DNA of 64,000 nucleotides from Nitrosopumilus sp. (GCA_963667665.2 OY763927.2:1820961-1884960); one strand, 5' to 3'; positions 53,114 to 64,000 are shown, numbered from the stretch's first letter. Numbers and translations: made by a program. Notes: a model not told the origin generated them from the letters alone.

Positions 53114-53299
53114 ATGGTGAAAATGCTTGAAATGTTGGGATTAGTTCTTGTAGCAATAATGTCATTGGGTTTTATGGGAATATTACAACCAACTATTGAA
53201 CCGGGATTATCGCCATTATTTTGGGGCTGTGCAGGTGCTGCACTCATGATAATAGTTTATAGAAAAATAAAAAGAAAGAAAGAAGAGAAAGAAAGTTAG
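53114..53299 (+). CDS. Small two-TM membrane protein
   Basis: Likely ATG at 53114; two helices, basic tail. Confidence 0.6.
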   Translation: MVKMLEMLGLVLVAIMSLGFMGILQPTIEPGLSPLFWGCAGAALMIIVYRKIKRKKEEKES

Positions 53300-53510
53300 A
53301 GGTATTTTAGAATTTGCTATCAAAGGGTCAATCATGGATCAATCGACAGATCTATAAAGGATAATTTTACGTAAAGTATGAGGGGCATATGGCAGAACAA
53401 ACTAAACAGTGGTGGAAAGGGTTAGGAAAAGAATTAGAAACAGATATTGAAACATTCATTGAATAATCTCTTAAGAATCTCCTAGATAATTTTAAAAATT
53501 TTACAAGAAA

Positions 53511-53584
53511 AGCCTCGGACGGGGTACGAACCCGCGACCTAACGCTTACGAGGCGTTCGCTCTACCAGGCTGAGCTACCAAGGC
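53511..53584 (-). tRNA. tRNA-Thr (CGT)
   Basis: GCCTTGGTAGCTCAGCCTGGTAGAGCG AACGC-CT-CGT-AA-GCGTT ... GGTTCGTACCC. Confidence 0.92.
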
Positions 53585-53637
53585 ACGTTTGGATAAATCC
53601 ATCAGAGTTAATAAAAAGTCTTTCCGAGTTGGAATAA

Positions 53638-54936
53638 TTGAAGAAAACAATTTCGGGGATTCGAGGAATATTTGGAGATGATCTTAACCTAAAAGATGTA
53701 TTAGAATTTTGTAATAATTTTTCATCTTTAATTAAATCACAAAAATGTGTCATTGGAAAAGACACAAGACCATCAGGTTCCATGGTGAAAGATACAGCCA
53801 GTGCTGCATTAATGAAAAATGGAATTGATGTATTCAATTTAGAAACAGTTCCAACTCCAGTAGTTTTTAGAGAAGCAAGAAAATATGGTGCTGGATTAGT
53901 AATTTCTTCATCTCATAATCCAATAAAATGGAATGGGATGAAATTCATTATTGAAGGTAGAGGAATTAATGAAGAGGAATTACCACAAATTATTGAACAT
54001 CAAGAAATTTTAAAATCAAAAATTGGAACTGAACAAGATATTTCATCATCATACATTGATGATGCAGCAAAAATCATAGGAGATATCGAAAATCAACCAG
54101 AAGTAGTAGTAGATATCGGAGGTGGTGCTGCAAAAGGATATGCACCTGATTTACTAAAAAAAATTGGATGTAAAGTTGAAATTATTAATGAAGAACTTTC
54201 AGGATGCTCTAGAGGTCCTGATCCTACATCTGATAAATTATCTGAATTAATTTCAGCATCCAATAAAAAAGAAATTGGATTTGCATTTGATTTAGATGCA
54301 GATCGTTTAGTGGTAGTTAAAAACGGAAAAAAGCAGATTCCAGATGTAACACTAGGATTAGGTGTTGCAAAAACTTTGGAATTAGGATACAAAAAATTTG
54401 TTTTAAGTATTGATACAAGCATATCGATTGAAAAATTCATCATTGAGAAAGGAGGAACTGTTCAAAGATCGAAAGTTGGAGAAGCAAATGTCATAGATCT
54501 CATGTTGAAAACAAATGCTCAAGCTGGAGGAGAAGGAAGCAGTGCAGGTTTTATTTTACCAGAGTTCAATTATTGTAGAGAAGGAATTCTTACCAGCGGA
54601 TTAATTTGTTCGATGCTGGGTAATCCAAAATTTGATGAAATTTTAAACTATATGGAAAAGTTTAGTCAAATAAGAGAAAAAATTGAAGTTGATTCAAATT
54701 TTCATGATAAAGTAATTGAAAAAGTAAGTTCTAAATTTTCAAAAGAATATTCAGAAATTAATACATTAGATGGAATTAAAGGAACAATTGATGAGAACAG
54801 TTGGGTTTTGATTAGAAAATCAAACACCGAAGAGATCATAAGAGTTTCAGCAGAATCAAATGATGAAGAAAAATGTAAAAAAATTATTAAAGACACATTA
54901 GAACTAGTGAAACAAAGTTATGACCAAGTTAGATGA
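53638..54936 (+). CDS. Phosphomannomutase/phosphoglucomutase family
   Basis: SGIRG, DTRPS, SSHNP, DLDADR, GGEGS, RKSNTE motifs. Confidence 0.92.
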   Translation: MKKTISGIRGIFGDDLNLKDVLEFCNNFSSLIKSQKCVIGKDTRPSGSMVKDTASAALMKNGIDVFNLETVPTPVVFREARKYGAGLVISSSHNPIKWNGMKFIIEGRGINEEELPQIIEHQEILKSKIGTEQDISSSYIDDAAKIIGDIENQPEVVVDIGGGAAKGYAPDLLKKIGCKVEIINEELSGCSRGPDPTSDKLSELISASNKKEIGFAFDLDADRLVVVKNGKKQIPDVTLGLGVAKTLELGYKKFVLSIDTSISIEKFIIEKGGTVQRSKVGEANVIDLMLKTNAQAGGEGSSAGFILPEFNYCREGILTSGLICSMLGNPKFDEILNYMEKFSQIREKIEVDSNFHDKVIEKVSSKFSKEYSEINTLDGIKGTIDENSWVLIRKSNTEEIIRVSAESNDEEKCKKIIKDTLELVKQSYDQVR

Positions 54937-55870
54937 ATCTTCAATAATCAAAATTTTTCAGAGTAAATTAGGAAATAAGAAATTTGTCTCAGAAGATGTT
55001 GAAATTTTTAATTTAGGTAAAACCAAAATCGTAGCTAAAACAGACACTCTAGTAGAAAGTACAGATATTCCATCTAAAATGAAATTAGCAGATGCTGCAA
55101 GAAAAAGTATTGTTGCATGTGTAAGTGATTTTGCTGCAAAAGGAATCAAGCCTCAATATGGAATTATTTCTGTAAATCTACCAAGGACTATTTCACGCTC
55201 AAAAATTGAAGAGATTGGAAAAGGTTTCAGAAAAGCATGTGATGAATATGGTATTTCAATTCTTGGTGGTGACACAAATGCAGGCAAAGAAATTGTGTTT
55301 AATGTATGTATTTTTGGAAAAACCGATAATCTAGTCAGCAGAAAAGGATCTAAAAAGAAGGATCTGATATTTGTGACTGGGTCATTTGGTTATACTTCAG
55401 CAGGATTGAACATGCTTCTTGGTAAGAAAAAGGGAAAAGAGAATTTTGTTAAAAAATCTATCAAATCAGTATTAAAACCAAATCCAAAACTCAAATTTGG
55501 AATAAAAAATAAAAAATATTTTTCATCATCAATGGATTCTAGTGATGGATTATCTACCACTTTAAATGAAATGTCAAAACAGAGTAAGAAAAAATTTGTC
55601 ATTAATAACATACCTTCAATGAAAGATTTACAATATTATGCAAAATCTCAAAAATTTGATTTAAACAAATTAATTTTTCATGGAGGAGAAGAATATGAAA
55701 TTGTATTTACAATATCTCCCAAACATAGACAAATAATAATAAAAAATGCAAAATTGCTTAAAACACCAATTATTGAAATTGGATATGTCACATCAGGTAA
55801 AGGAGTTTATCTTCAAGAAAATAATAGATACACTCGTTTGAAAGATTTAGGATGGAAACATTTTAGATAA
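54920..55870 (+). CDS. thiL: Thiamine-monophosphate kinase
   Basis: KTDTLVE, VSDFAAKG, LGGDTN, MDSSDGL, GGEEYEI, GWKHF. Confidence 0.92.
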   Translation: MTKLDESSIIKIFQSKLGNKKFVSEDVEIFNLGKTKIVAKTDTLVESTDIPSKMKLADAARKSIVACVSDFAAKGIKPQYGIISVNLPRTISRSKIEEIGKGFRKACDEYGISILGGDTNAGKEIVFNVCIFGKTDNLVSRKGSKKKDLIFVTGSFGYTSAGLNMLLGKKKGKENFVKKSIKSVLKPNPKLKFGIKNKKYFSSSMDSSDGLSTTLNEMSKQSKKKFVINNIPSMKDLQYYAKSQKFDLNKLIFHGGEEYEIVFTISPKHRQIIIKNAKLLKTPIIEIGYVTSGKGVYLQENNRYTRLKDLGWKHFR

Positions 55871-56191
55871 TTATTCCCCAGAAAAAAATTCTCTATCTAC
55901 ATTATTTGCAATATTAATTATGGAATCAGCTGGAAGAACAGAAACACATTCTTTCATCCATTTTTCATCCAAGTACTGCATTAGTTTCATATCATCATCA
56001 GGAAGTTCATCAAGACTTGAACCTGGATAAATTGCATGAATTTTGTATCCTTCATTTGCGATTAGTTGACATTTTTCTTCCAAGGGAGACAAAACTAAAT
56101 CATTAATCGGTGTTAGAAACTGAAATCCTATAGATCCTAGTAAAGCAGTTGCAATTCCAATTCCAATAGCCACCAGAAGAATTGATACCAC
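55871..56191 (-). CDS. Hypothetical membrane-anchored protein
   Basis: N-terminal TM, 106 aa. Confidence 0.7.
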   Translation of the reverse strand: MVSILLVAIGIGIATALLGSIGFQFLTPINDLVLSPLEEKCQLIANEGYKIHAIYPGSSLDELPDDDMKLMQYLDEKWMKECVSVLPADSIINIANNVDREFFSGE

Positions 56192-56307
56192 TAAAAGATC
56201 CAGTTAATCACAGTATATGAATAATCATTAATTTTATGCAAAGTAAGTAAATTAAGGCAAGATTAGAAAATCAATGTATTTTAAACCCTTTAAGACGTGT
56301 GTAGACA

Positions 56308-56814
56308 TTGTCAGAAACCGAGGCTAAAGTTGAGGAAGTTTCAGTTAAAGAGACTGAAGTACCGGTTGAGGAAGTAAAATCCGAGGCTAAAGTTGAAACA
56401 AAATCCCAACCAGAGGTAAAAAAACAAGGTCCTGAAAAATGGGGAATTGTTCATATTTACAGTAGTTACAATAATACAATTATTCATCTAACTGATCTTA
56501 CGGGTGGAGAAACTGTCGCCATCAGTTCTGGGGGCATACATGTCAATGCTGACAGATACGAATCATCACCATTTGCTGCAATGAAAGCTGCAAATGCAGT
56601 AGTTGAATCTGCAAAAAATAAAGGATTCGATGGATTCCATATCAGAGTTCGTGCAGTAGGTGGAGTTGGTTCTAGAGTACCTGGACCAGGTGCACAAGCT
56701 GCCATTAGAGCATTAGCAAGAGGCGGATTTAAGATTGGAAGAATTGATGATGTAACACCTATTCCTCACGACACCACTAGAAAGAAAGGTGGAAAAAGAG
56801 GAAGAAGAGTCTAG
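56308..56814 (+). CDS. rps11: 30S ribosomal protein S11 (uS11) with acidic N-terminal extension
   Basis: [48 protein letters not shown]. Confidence 0.97.
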   Translation: MSETEAKVEEVSVKETEVPVEEVKSEAKVETKSQPEVKKQGPEKWGIVHIYSSYNNTIIHLTDLTGGETVAISSGGIHVNADRYESSPFAAMKAANAVVESAKNKGFDGFHIRVRAVGGVGSRVPGPGAQAAIRALARGGFKIGRIDDVTPIPHDTTRKKGGKRGRRV

Positions 56815-57122
56815 TCATCTCCTTTTATTATTGCATCACAATCTCTAGAATGAAAATAGTCTATCATAAATTTTGCAAATTTTTGTGGTTGATCACCTCT
56901 GGGATATTTTTGCAGCATGTCAGCAAATTTTTCTTCTATACCAGTTTGTAGATTTGGTTTGAATGCTAATTTGAAAAATGTCCAGCCAAACTTTGTTTCT
57001 GGTTCACTAAGAACATATCCATTATATTGTTCTACAATAGTTTCCATATGAGAAAGTGATTTTTTAATTGATAATAAATCATCTACGTAATTTTTTGTTT
57101 TAATTTCTAAAGTAACACTCAT
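56811..57122 (-). CDS. Hypothetical protein
   Basis: 103-aa ORF coupled to the upstream gene. Confidence 0.7.
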   Translation of the reverse strand: MSVTLEIKTKNYVDDLLSIKKSLSHMETIVEQYNGYVLSEPETKFGWTFFKLAFKPNLQTGIEEKFADMLQKYPRGDQPQKFAKFMIDYFHSRDCDAIIKGDD

Positions 57123-57538
57123 TATTCATCACGATCATCTGATGGCTTGCTACTAAGTTTGTCACTTAAAGATACAAATTTTCCATCTTGTTCAATATTG
57201 ATTTTTGTTGCCATTCTAACACTTAGTCCAATTGATCTAAATAATGTTAATAATTTTCCTCCGTCAATAACTTCATTGATTTCACCTGTCTTAATTAACT
57301 CAGATAATTTTTCTACTATCATTTTAGTTTCATTTGGAAATTGAGATTCTGCATTTTCTAAAACTTCTAATCCTCTAAATCCCAATTGCTTAACTAGTAA
57401 ATCGCGTGGGTTTTCTTTTGGTTTGTCTTTCTCAAGTTCTTGAGTTTTTTCAATTTCTTGTTTTGTGGAGATATTTTTTTGCATTTCAGCAAGTCTTTTG
57501 GCCTTTAATCGTTCAAGTTCAGAATCTTTTTCACTCAA
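57122..57538 (-). CDS. PDCD5-like dsDNA-binding domain protein
   Basis: DSELERLKAKRLAEMQ N-terminus; helical domain; follows rtcB. Confidence 0.65.
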   Translation of the reverse strand: MSEKDSELERLKAKRLAEMQKNISTKQEIEKTQELEKDKPKENPRDLLVKQLGFRGLEVLENAESQFPNETKMIVEKLSELIKTGEINEVIDGGKLLTLFRSIGLSVRMATKINIEQDGKFVSLSDKLSSKPSDDRDE

Positions 57539-58983
57539 CCCTTAATCACACCAATAGGCACTAATTTTGCAACTTTTGTGGCAATTCCTAGATTGTGAGA
57601 CACATTAACTACAGCATCAACATCTTTGTACGCTTGAGGAGTTTCTTCCACAATTCCATCTCGGGTTAATGCCTTGATAAATATGCCCTTATCATTTAGA
57701 GATTTTTTAACGTCATTTTCATTATAATTTCTCCTCGCCTTGGTTCTTGACATTGTCCTTCCAGCACCATGTGCAGTTGAGCCAAAACTCAAATCCATAG
57801 AATTGGGTTGACCAAGCAAAATCCAACTTGCAGTTCCCATAGAGCCTGGAACCAATACAGGTTGTCCCAAATCACGATATTTTGAAGGTATTTCATCACG
57901 ATTTGCAGGAAATGCTCTAGTTGCACCTTTTCTATGAACAACTACTTTTCGTTCTTTTCCATCAACTTTGTGTTTTTCTATTTTTGCAATGTTATGTGCA
58001 ACATCATAAACTAATTTCATATCAAGATCAGATTCTGTTTGATTAAATACACGTTCAAAAGATTTTCTAGTCCAATGAGTAATCATTTGTCTATTACTCC
58101 ATGCAAAATTTAATGCTGCAAACATTGCTTTTCTGTAAGACTCTCCTTCCTCAGAAGTATTTGGAACACATGCAAGCTCTCTATCGGGTAAATTGATATC
58201 ATATTTTGCCATTGCTTGTTCTGCAACTCTAAGATAATCACTACATACTTGATGACCAAATCCTCTAGAACCGCAATGAATTAAAACTGTAATAGTTCCT
58301 TCTTTAATTCCCATTCTTTTTGCTGCCTCTTCATCATGAATTTCTGCAACTTTTTGTACTTCAAGAAAATGATTTCCAGAACCTAAGCTTCCAAGTTGCG
58401 GAGCTCCTCTTTTTCTTGCCCTATCTGAAACTTTATTTGGATCAGCATTTGGAATTTTACCATTCTCTTCACAAACATCAGAATCATTTGTTGAACCATA
58501 TCCATGATCAATTGCCCAGTCAACTCCTCTTACCAAAACTTCATCAAGTTCTGAAGGACTAAGTCTAACTGCGCCTTTAGAGCCTACACCTGAAGGAATA
58601 GAGCTAAAAAGATCAGTAACAAGTTCTTTTAGTTTTGAGCGAACTGCTTGTTCTGTTAAATTAGTTCGAAGTAATCTGACTCCACAATTAATATCATATC
58701 CAACACCACCTGGACTAATCATTCCTTCTTCTGCATCCATAGCTGCAACACCACCAACTGGGAAACCATATCCCTCATGACCATCAGGCAAAACAATACT
58801 TTGACCAACTATTCCAGGAATACATGAAACATTTTGTGCCTGCGTAATTGTTCTACCAGATAACATTTTTTGTAGTAGTGGTTCATCAGCATAAATCCTC
58901 ACAGGAACTTTCATTCCAAGATTAGAATCAGCATCAATTTGATATTGGTTTTCTCCAATTTTTTTTGAAGTACTAGAAGACAT
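57535..58983 (-). CDS. rtcB: RNA ligase RtcB
   Basis: LPDGHEGYGFPVGG, GYDINCG, GSGNHFLE, HRKGATR, STAHGAGR. Confidence 0.97.
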   Translation of the reverse strand: MSSSTSKKIGENQYQIDADSNLGMKVPVRIYADEPLLQKMLSGRTITQAQNVSCIPGIVGQSIVLPDGHEGYGFPVGGVAAMDAEEGMISPGGVGYDINCGVRLLRTNLTEQAVRSKLKELVTDLFSSIPSGVGSKGAVRLSPSELDEVLVRGVDWAIDHGYGSTNDSDVCEENGKIPNADPNKVSDRARKRGAPQLGSLGSGNHFLEVQKVAEIHDEEAAKRMGIKEGTITVLIHCGSRGFGHQVCSDYLRVAEQAMAKYDINLPDRELACVPNTSEEGESYRKAMFAALNFAWSNRQMITHWTRKSFERVFNQTESDLDMKLVYDVAHNIAKIEKHKVDGKERKVVVHRKGATRAFPANRDEIPSKYRDLGQPVLVPGSMGTASWILLGQPNSMDLSFGSTAHGAGRTMSRTKARRNYNENDVKKSLNDKGIFIKALTRDGIVEETPQAYKDVDAVVNVSHNLGIATKVAKLVPIGVIKG

Positions 58984-59071
58984 GTATATCGGTGAAATTT
59001 TCTTTCAATCCAATTTAAATCATCAGAAGAATTGTAAAGAATTTTAAATTAATTAGAATTTATTCTAAAAT

Positions 59072-59227
59072 ATGTTAGATAAAGCAACAATCACACAAAA
59101 AGCAGATCAATTACTTACAGAACTAAGAGCAAATCCAGATTGGGCAATTGATGAAAGAAATTTCAAACAAGGTTATTTCAAAGCTTTAGAGTGGGTATTA
59201 TCAGAAACAGGAATTAAACAAAATTAA
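59072..59227 (+). CDS. 51-aa hypothetical protein
   Basis: MLDKATITQKADQLL...GYFKALEWVLSE, read manually. Confidence 0.55.
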   Translation: MLDKATITQKADQLLTELRANPDWAIDERNFKQGYFKALEWVLSETGIKQN

Positions 59228-59295
59228 TTTTTAGGATAATACTCTTACTTGAAATTAATGAGCTAATTTATCTAGGGTAAAATAGATTCTGTTTT

Positions 59296-59493
59296 GTGGT
59301 TAGAAAAAAATTAACTAAAAAAGAAATAGAAGAACAGAAAAAACAGCAAAAAGTTAGAGCAAGCGCTTTAAGAGCTGCACGAAGAAGTGGAAAAAGTATC
59401 AAAAAAGAAGGTAAAGTAAGCAAAGCCAAGGCCAAAACAAAAACACCCAGATCACAAAAGAAAATTGCAACAGTGAGAAAATCTCGTTATTAG
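59296..59493 (+). CDS. Small Lys/Arg-rich basic protein
   Basis: 65 aa, highly basic. Confidence 0.6.
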   Translation: MVRKKLTKKEIEEQKKQQKVRASALRAARRSGKSIKKEGKVSKAKAKTKTPRSQKKIATVRKSRY

Positions 59494-59604
59494 CAGATTA
59501 ATCTAAAAAAGAACAATTTTTTGAGGCTAGATCATATCAAAATAGCTCCATACGCACAAAATTAGAAAAGAAGTAGATTTATTTTCTCATAAATTAAAAT
59601 CATA

Positions 59605-60969
59605 ATGTTGGCAATTTTACCTATAGACAATGGTCGTTATGGCACTAAAGAAATGATAGAAATTTTTAGTGAACAAAAGAAAATCAATTATCAATTAGAG
59701 ATTGAAGGTGCAGCAGCTATTTCACAAAGTGAGATTGGAATTATTCCTAAAACAGTTGGGAAAAAAATTTTCAAAGCAGCATTATCAGGAAAAATCACTG
59801 CAAAAAGAATCAAACAACTTGAAGCAAAAAGTGATCACGATACTGCAGCACTAGTTGAATCATTAAATGAAAAATGTACTAAAGAGGTTAGACCATGGAT
59901 TCATTATGGATTAACAAGTAATGATTTGGTAGATACAAGTAATTCCATGCAAATGCGTGATGCATTAAAAATAATTGAACCAAAAGTTGCAAAATTAGCA
60001 ACAATTCTAGCGAAAAAAGCTGTAAAATATGAAAAGATTCCAGCTGTTGGTAGAACTCATGGACAACATGCAAGTATCATTTCATTTGGATTAAAATTTG
60101 CAAATTGGGCAGCAGAGATGGCAAAACATGTAGAAAGAATTGAAGAGATTAAGAAAAGAATTCTAATTTGTAAGACACTAGGTGTTGTAGGAACTGGTTC
60201 CTTAATGGGTGCAAAATCACTTGAGGTTCAAAAAAGAGTTGCAAAACGCTTGAAGTTATACTCTGCAGAAGTAACCACTCAGGTTGTTCCAAGGGAGAGA
60301 TATGCAGAATATGTGTTTGAATTAGCATTAATTGGTGCAACTTTGGAAAAAATTGCAGTAGAGATTAGAAATTTGCAGAGAACTGAGATTGGGGAAGTTG
60401 CAGAGCAGTTCAAGAAGGGACAAATGGGCAGTAGTGCAGTTCCAGTTAAAAGAAATCCAATCAAAAGTGAAAGAATATCATCATTATCTAAAATGGTACG
60501 AAGTCAGGTAGGAATAGCTTTTGAAAATATTCCATTATGGCATGAACGAGATCTTTCAAATTCAGCAAATGAGAGATTTGTACTCCCAACAGTAGCCATT
60601 CTAGTTGATGAAATGCTAGAAACCATGACTAGAATTATTTCAAACTTGATGGTAAATGAGAAAAGAATTGTAGAGAATCTTTACATCACAAAGGGGCAAA
60701 TCTTTGCAGAATTTGTTTTAGAGGCATTAATCAAAAAAGGCGTTCCAAGATTTGTAGCCTACAAAGATGTTCAAAGAGTTGCATTTTTGGCAAATGACAA
60801 AGGAATGCAATACATGGATGCCATCAAAAACGATAAAGCATTTTCTTCAAAATTAACTAGTAAAGAAATTGAATCTATATTTTCACCAGAGAAACATCTT
60901 GGTGCGTCACCTATGATAATTAATAACGTAAAGAAATCAGTTCAAAATACAGTTAAAAAATTTATCTAG
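59605..60969 (+). CDS. purB: Adenylosuccinate lyase
   Basis: HYGLTSND, GRTHGQHA, GSSAVPVKRNP, HERDLSNS. Confidence 0.96.
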   Translation: MLAILPIDNGRYGTKEMIEIFSEQKKINYQLEIEGAAAISQSEIGIIPKTVGKKIFKAALSGKITAKRIKQLEAKSDHDTAALVESLNEKCTKEVRPWIHYGLTSNDLVDTSNSMQMRDALKIIEPKVAKLATILAKKAVKYEKIPAVGRTHGQHASIISFGLKFANWAAEMAKHVERIEEIKKRILICKTLGVVGTGSLMGAKSLEVQKRVAKRLKLYSAEVTTQVVPRERYAEYVFELALIGATLEKIAVEIRNLQRTEIGEVAEQFKKGQMGSSAVPVKRNPIKSERISSLSKMVRSQVGIAFENIPLWHERDLSNSANERFVLPTVAILVDEMLETMTRIISNLMVNEKRIVENLYITKGQIFAEFVLEALIKKGVPRFVAYKDVQRVAFLANDKGMQYMDAIKNDKAFSSKLTSKEIESIFSPEKHLGASPMIINNVKKSVQNTVKKFI

Positions 60970-61717
60970 TTTTTAGTAATGCTTTATGAATTTTAGAACC
61001 ATATTGTAATGCCTTTTTTCTTTTTGTACAAGAAATTTCTGGAACATTGATTTGACTAGCTAATTTTCTTATGATATGTTTACGATACAAATCATCTGAA
61101 TCATGAATTTTCTCAGACAAAGGAATAGTTTTGGCATACTCTATAAATTTTGAAGATAGTAATGGCTGAATAATTTTTACACCAAACTCTGATGCAATTA
61201 GATTCACAGCCTTCATCATTTTTAGTTCATTATCTAATTTAGAGATCATAACTTCATGAATTTTAGATTCACCTTCAGAAATTGCTTCTCTATATGCATT
61301 GTAACCACAAAATAATTCATCTATTCCATTTGCAGTGATTACTGTATCAAGATCTAAGCTTTTTGCTAGTTGAGAAACATAATGAAATGCAATACAATTT
61401 TCATTCCATGATAGATTTTCAGTTTTTATTGTTTGTTGAATTTTTAATGAAATAGAATGAAATGTTTCTGAATCAATTTCTAGAACATGGTGAGGATAGT
61501 TTAATTGTTCATTGACTTCTTTTGCAAATAAAATATCATGAGATTCTGCGAATCCAATTGTCAATAATGTAATATCATAATCCATGTCTGAGCAAATTTT
61601 TGAAATTAATGTACTATCAACACCTCCAGAAAAAGCAATTCCAATTTTCTTTTCTTTAACAGTTTCAGAAATTGAATTTTTAATATTTTCAAGTAATTTT
61701 TTATTTATTTCATCCAT
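60962..61717 (-). CDS. Asparagine synthase C-terminal-domain (PP-loop) protein
   Basis: AFSGGVDS, NGIDELFCGY, RKKALQYGS. Confidence 0.85.
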   Translation of the reverse strand: MDEINKKLLENIKNSISETVKEKKIGIAFSGGVDSTLISKICSDMDYDITLLTIGFAESHDILFAKEVNEQLNYPHHVLEIDSETFHSISLKIQQTIKTENLSWNENCIAFHYVSQLAKSLDLDTVITANGIDELFCGYNAYREAISEGESKIHEVMISKLDNELKMMKAVNLIASEFGVKIIQPLLSSKFIEYAKTIPLSEKIHDSDDLYRKHIIRKLASQINVPEISCTKRKKALQYGSKIHKALLKTR

Positions 61718-61790
61718 TATCTCTCACAGCACAGATTCCATAGAAGGGTAATGAATCAATCTTTTAATTTAGCATTCAATGTAAAACACT

Positions 61791-62069
61791 ATGATGAGAT
61801 TATCACAAACAGACATTGATGAAGAACTAAAAAATCTGTCAGGCTGGAGTGTTGTAAATGAGAAATTACACAAAGAATTTCAGTTTGATAGTTTTAACCA
61901 GGCGTTTGGTTTTATGACCAGAGCAGCCATGGAAATCGAAAAAATGAATCATCACCCAGAATGGTTTAATGTATACAACAAAATCACCATAGAATTAACA
62001 ACTCATGATGCTGGAGGTATCACAAAAAATGATGTCAATCTGGCTAAAATTCTAAATTCTTTAGCATAA
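61791..62069 (+). CDS. Pterin-4-alpha-carbinolamine dehydratase
   Basis: [22 protein letters not shown]. Confidence 0.95.
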   Translation: MMRLSQTDIDEELKNLSGWSVVNEKLHKEFQFDSFNQAFGFMTRAAMEIEKMNHHPEWFNVYNKITIELTTHDAGGITKNDVNLAKILNSLA

Positions 62070-62139
62070 TTCAAAAAAATGAATTTTCAGGTATAATCAT
62101 TACAGAATTTATATTATATCCAAAGTCAGATGACTTCAC

Positions 62140-62955
62140 ATGGCTTCAAGTCCTACAATTCTAGACTCAGACTTTAGATATATCGATAAAAATGGAAATT
62201 TGCTTAGAACAAGAACTGAACTAACAGTGGCACAAATGCTCACCTTTCTTGATGAAGAATACCAATACAATCACAAACTCACCTTAAAGAACGGAAACGA
62301 GGTTACAATTGATTTTAAAACAAAGAAAGGACTAATTGAAGTAATTGATAATGATGAAGACATTGAAAAATACAAACAGATCAAAGAAGATTTTCCTCAA
62401 GACAAAGTGATGGCAATAGGACATGCAAAGTATGTTGCACAAATTAAAGAATTACAAGATTTAGTATTTTATGACAAGTCACCACAGACAGGTTCTATAT
62501 TTTTAGAAGATGGATCGTTTTCATTTGATTACGCACATATACTTCCATTGGTTGAAAAATGCTCTATCTTACATGGACATACATCTTCGGTAATGGTAGA
62601 GCTTGTAGGACAAATGAAAGATAATTTACTTTTAGATTTTGGTGTAGCAAAAAAAATTATCAAAGAAGTGGTTAACATATTTGATCATAAATTTTTCATT
62701 AACAGAAAATATCTAAAAAGTGAAGATGATTCTCATTATCTAATTCAATTTGATGGTCCTAAAGGAATGTTTGAATTACAAGTTCCAAAAGATACTACTT
62801 ATCTTTTAGAAGGCGAAGCAACTGTAGAAAATCTTTCAAGTGAAATAATCAAATTATTAGCACCTAAAATGCCATCAAATGTAGAAGCATTAGGAGTTTA
62901 CATCTACGAAGGTTACAATAAAGGATCTCATATTATTTCAAAGATTTCAAGATAG
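62140..62955 (+). CDS. 6-pyruvoyl-tetrahydropterin synthase/QueD-like protein with extra N-terminal domain
   Basis: FDYAH..CSILHGH..LLDF..FDHK..TVENL. Confidence 0.85.
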   Translation: MASSPTILDSDFRYIDKNGNLLRTRTELTVAQMLTFLDEEYQYNHKLTLKNGNEVTIDFKTKKGLIEVIDNDEDIEKYKQIKEDFPQDKVMAIGHAKYVAQIKELQDLVFYDKSPQTGSIFLEDGSFSFDYAHILPLVEKCSILHGHTSSVMVELVGQMKDNLLLDFGVAKKIIKEVVNIFDHKFFINRKYLKSEDDSHYLIQFDGPKGMFELQVPKDTTYLLEGEATVENLSSEIIKLLAPKMPSNVEALGVYIYEGYNKGSHIISKISR

Positions 62956-62962
62956 TTAAGAA

Positions 62963-64000
62963 ATGGAACCTAAAATATCAGAAAAAGCATGGAACCCAGA
63001 ATTAGAAAAAAAGATACTAAAAAAATGGCAAGATGATAAAATTTATGATTTTACACCACAAGAAGATAACTTTACCATAGATACTCCTCCACCATATCCA
63101 TCAGGCAGACCATGGCATATTGGAGCAGCAGCACATTATTCTCAAATTGATATGATTGCCAGAACAGCAAGAATGGCTGGAAAAAATGTCTATTTCCCTA
63201 TAGGAATTGATAGAAATGGACTTCCAGTAGAATTGTACACTGAGAAAAAGTACAAAATTAGAATGAGAGAAACAGATAGAGGAGAATTTCTGAATCTATG
63301 TAGAGAAGCACTAGATGATTTGGAAGCTGAAATGATTCTCATTATGAAAAATATTGGAATAAGTGGAGACTTTACAAACTACTATAGAACGGATTCAGAA
63401 GAATATAGAACACTTACACAATCAACATTTATTGAATTATGGAAAAAAGGTCAAGTGTATCTAGCAAACAGACCTAACAACTACGATTGGGTATCAGGAA
63501 CAACTATTGCTGATGCAGAAATCATATACGAAGATTTGCAAACTAAATTAGTTTACATGAAATAAAAGACACAGATAAGGAAATAATTATTGCAAGTACA
63601 AGACCAGAATTAGTTTGTGCATGCAAAACAATTATTGTAAATCCAAAAGATGATAGATATACACAATATATTGGAAAAAAAGTAATCGTTCCCATTACTA
63701 ATGCAGAAGTTGAATTAAGAACACATCATTCTGCTAAACAAGAATTTGGTTCGGGGGCAGTAATGGTATGTAGTTATGGTGATCAAAATGATGTGGCATT
63801 ATTTAGAGAATTTACAATTAGAAGAGATTATTGCAATTGGGCTAGATGGAAGGATGACAGAAGTTGCAGGAGAATATGCAGGGCTAAAACCAAAACAAGC
63901 AAGAACAAAAATCATAGAAGACTTGGAATCAAAAGATTTGTAGAGAAAATTGAAGACATTAACCACAGAACGCCTGTATCTGAGAGAAGTAAAATCCCCA
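62963..64000 (+). CDS. valS: Valine--tRNA ligase, partial, with apparent frameshifts
   Basis: IDTPPPYPSG..HIGA; homologous sequence continues in other frames (IIIASTRPEL, EFGSGAVMVCSYGD, HRTPVSERS). Confidence 0.9.

Noticed and set aside
57535-58983. Intein in RtcB, or RtcB as part of a defence system
   Set aside because: Normal length (482 aa) and core-gene context.
63555-63945. Programmed frameshifting or pseudogenisation of valS
   Set aside because: Essential gene with several indels near the window end; consensus errors are more likely.

Overview
Chromosomal window from a Nitrosopumilaceae-like thaumarchaeon (AT-rich core genes, rps11, rtcB, purB, thiL, valS, cupredoxin; giant DUF285 proteins suggest a host-associated lineage, which is inference). 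From 49.8 to 64 kb it is mostly ordinary core genome with tRNA-Thr(CGT). From 1 to 49.7 kb it is a nested mobile region. Read on the minus strand from 49.7 kb it contains: an IS6-type cargo element (MTase-Mrr gene broken by IS5; SWIM-finger transposase cut by an IS481-type element); an IS481-type transposase divergent from a ~15 kb DUF285 + Ig-like/P-domain surface protein gene truncated by IS630; two homologous Trp-rich C-terminal stubs interspersed with small membrane proteins; cupredoxin, tRNA-Cys, tyrosine integrase and an iteron-like array; and a second, slightly diverged transposase + giant-gene unit whose transposase is internally inverted with a 15-bp target duplication and a cryptic end. 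Almost all of 1-22 kb is an inverted copy of 22-43.6 kb, joined through garbled sequence at ~21.8-22.4 kb. This palindrome is probably an assembly artefact, although the two arms differ in repeat-module order. The best candidates for new biology are the stub plus membrane-protein cassettes, the adhesin-linked IS481-type unit with cryptic-end transposition, and module shuffling in the giant protein.
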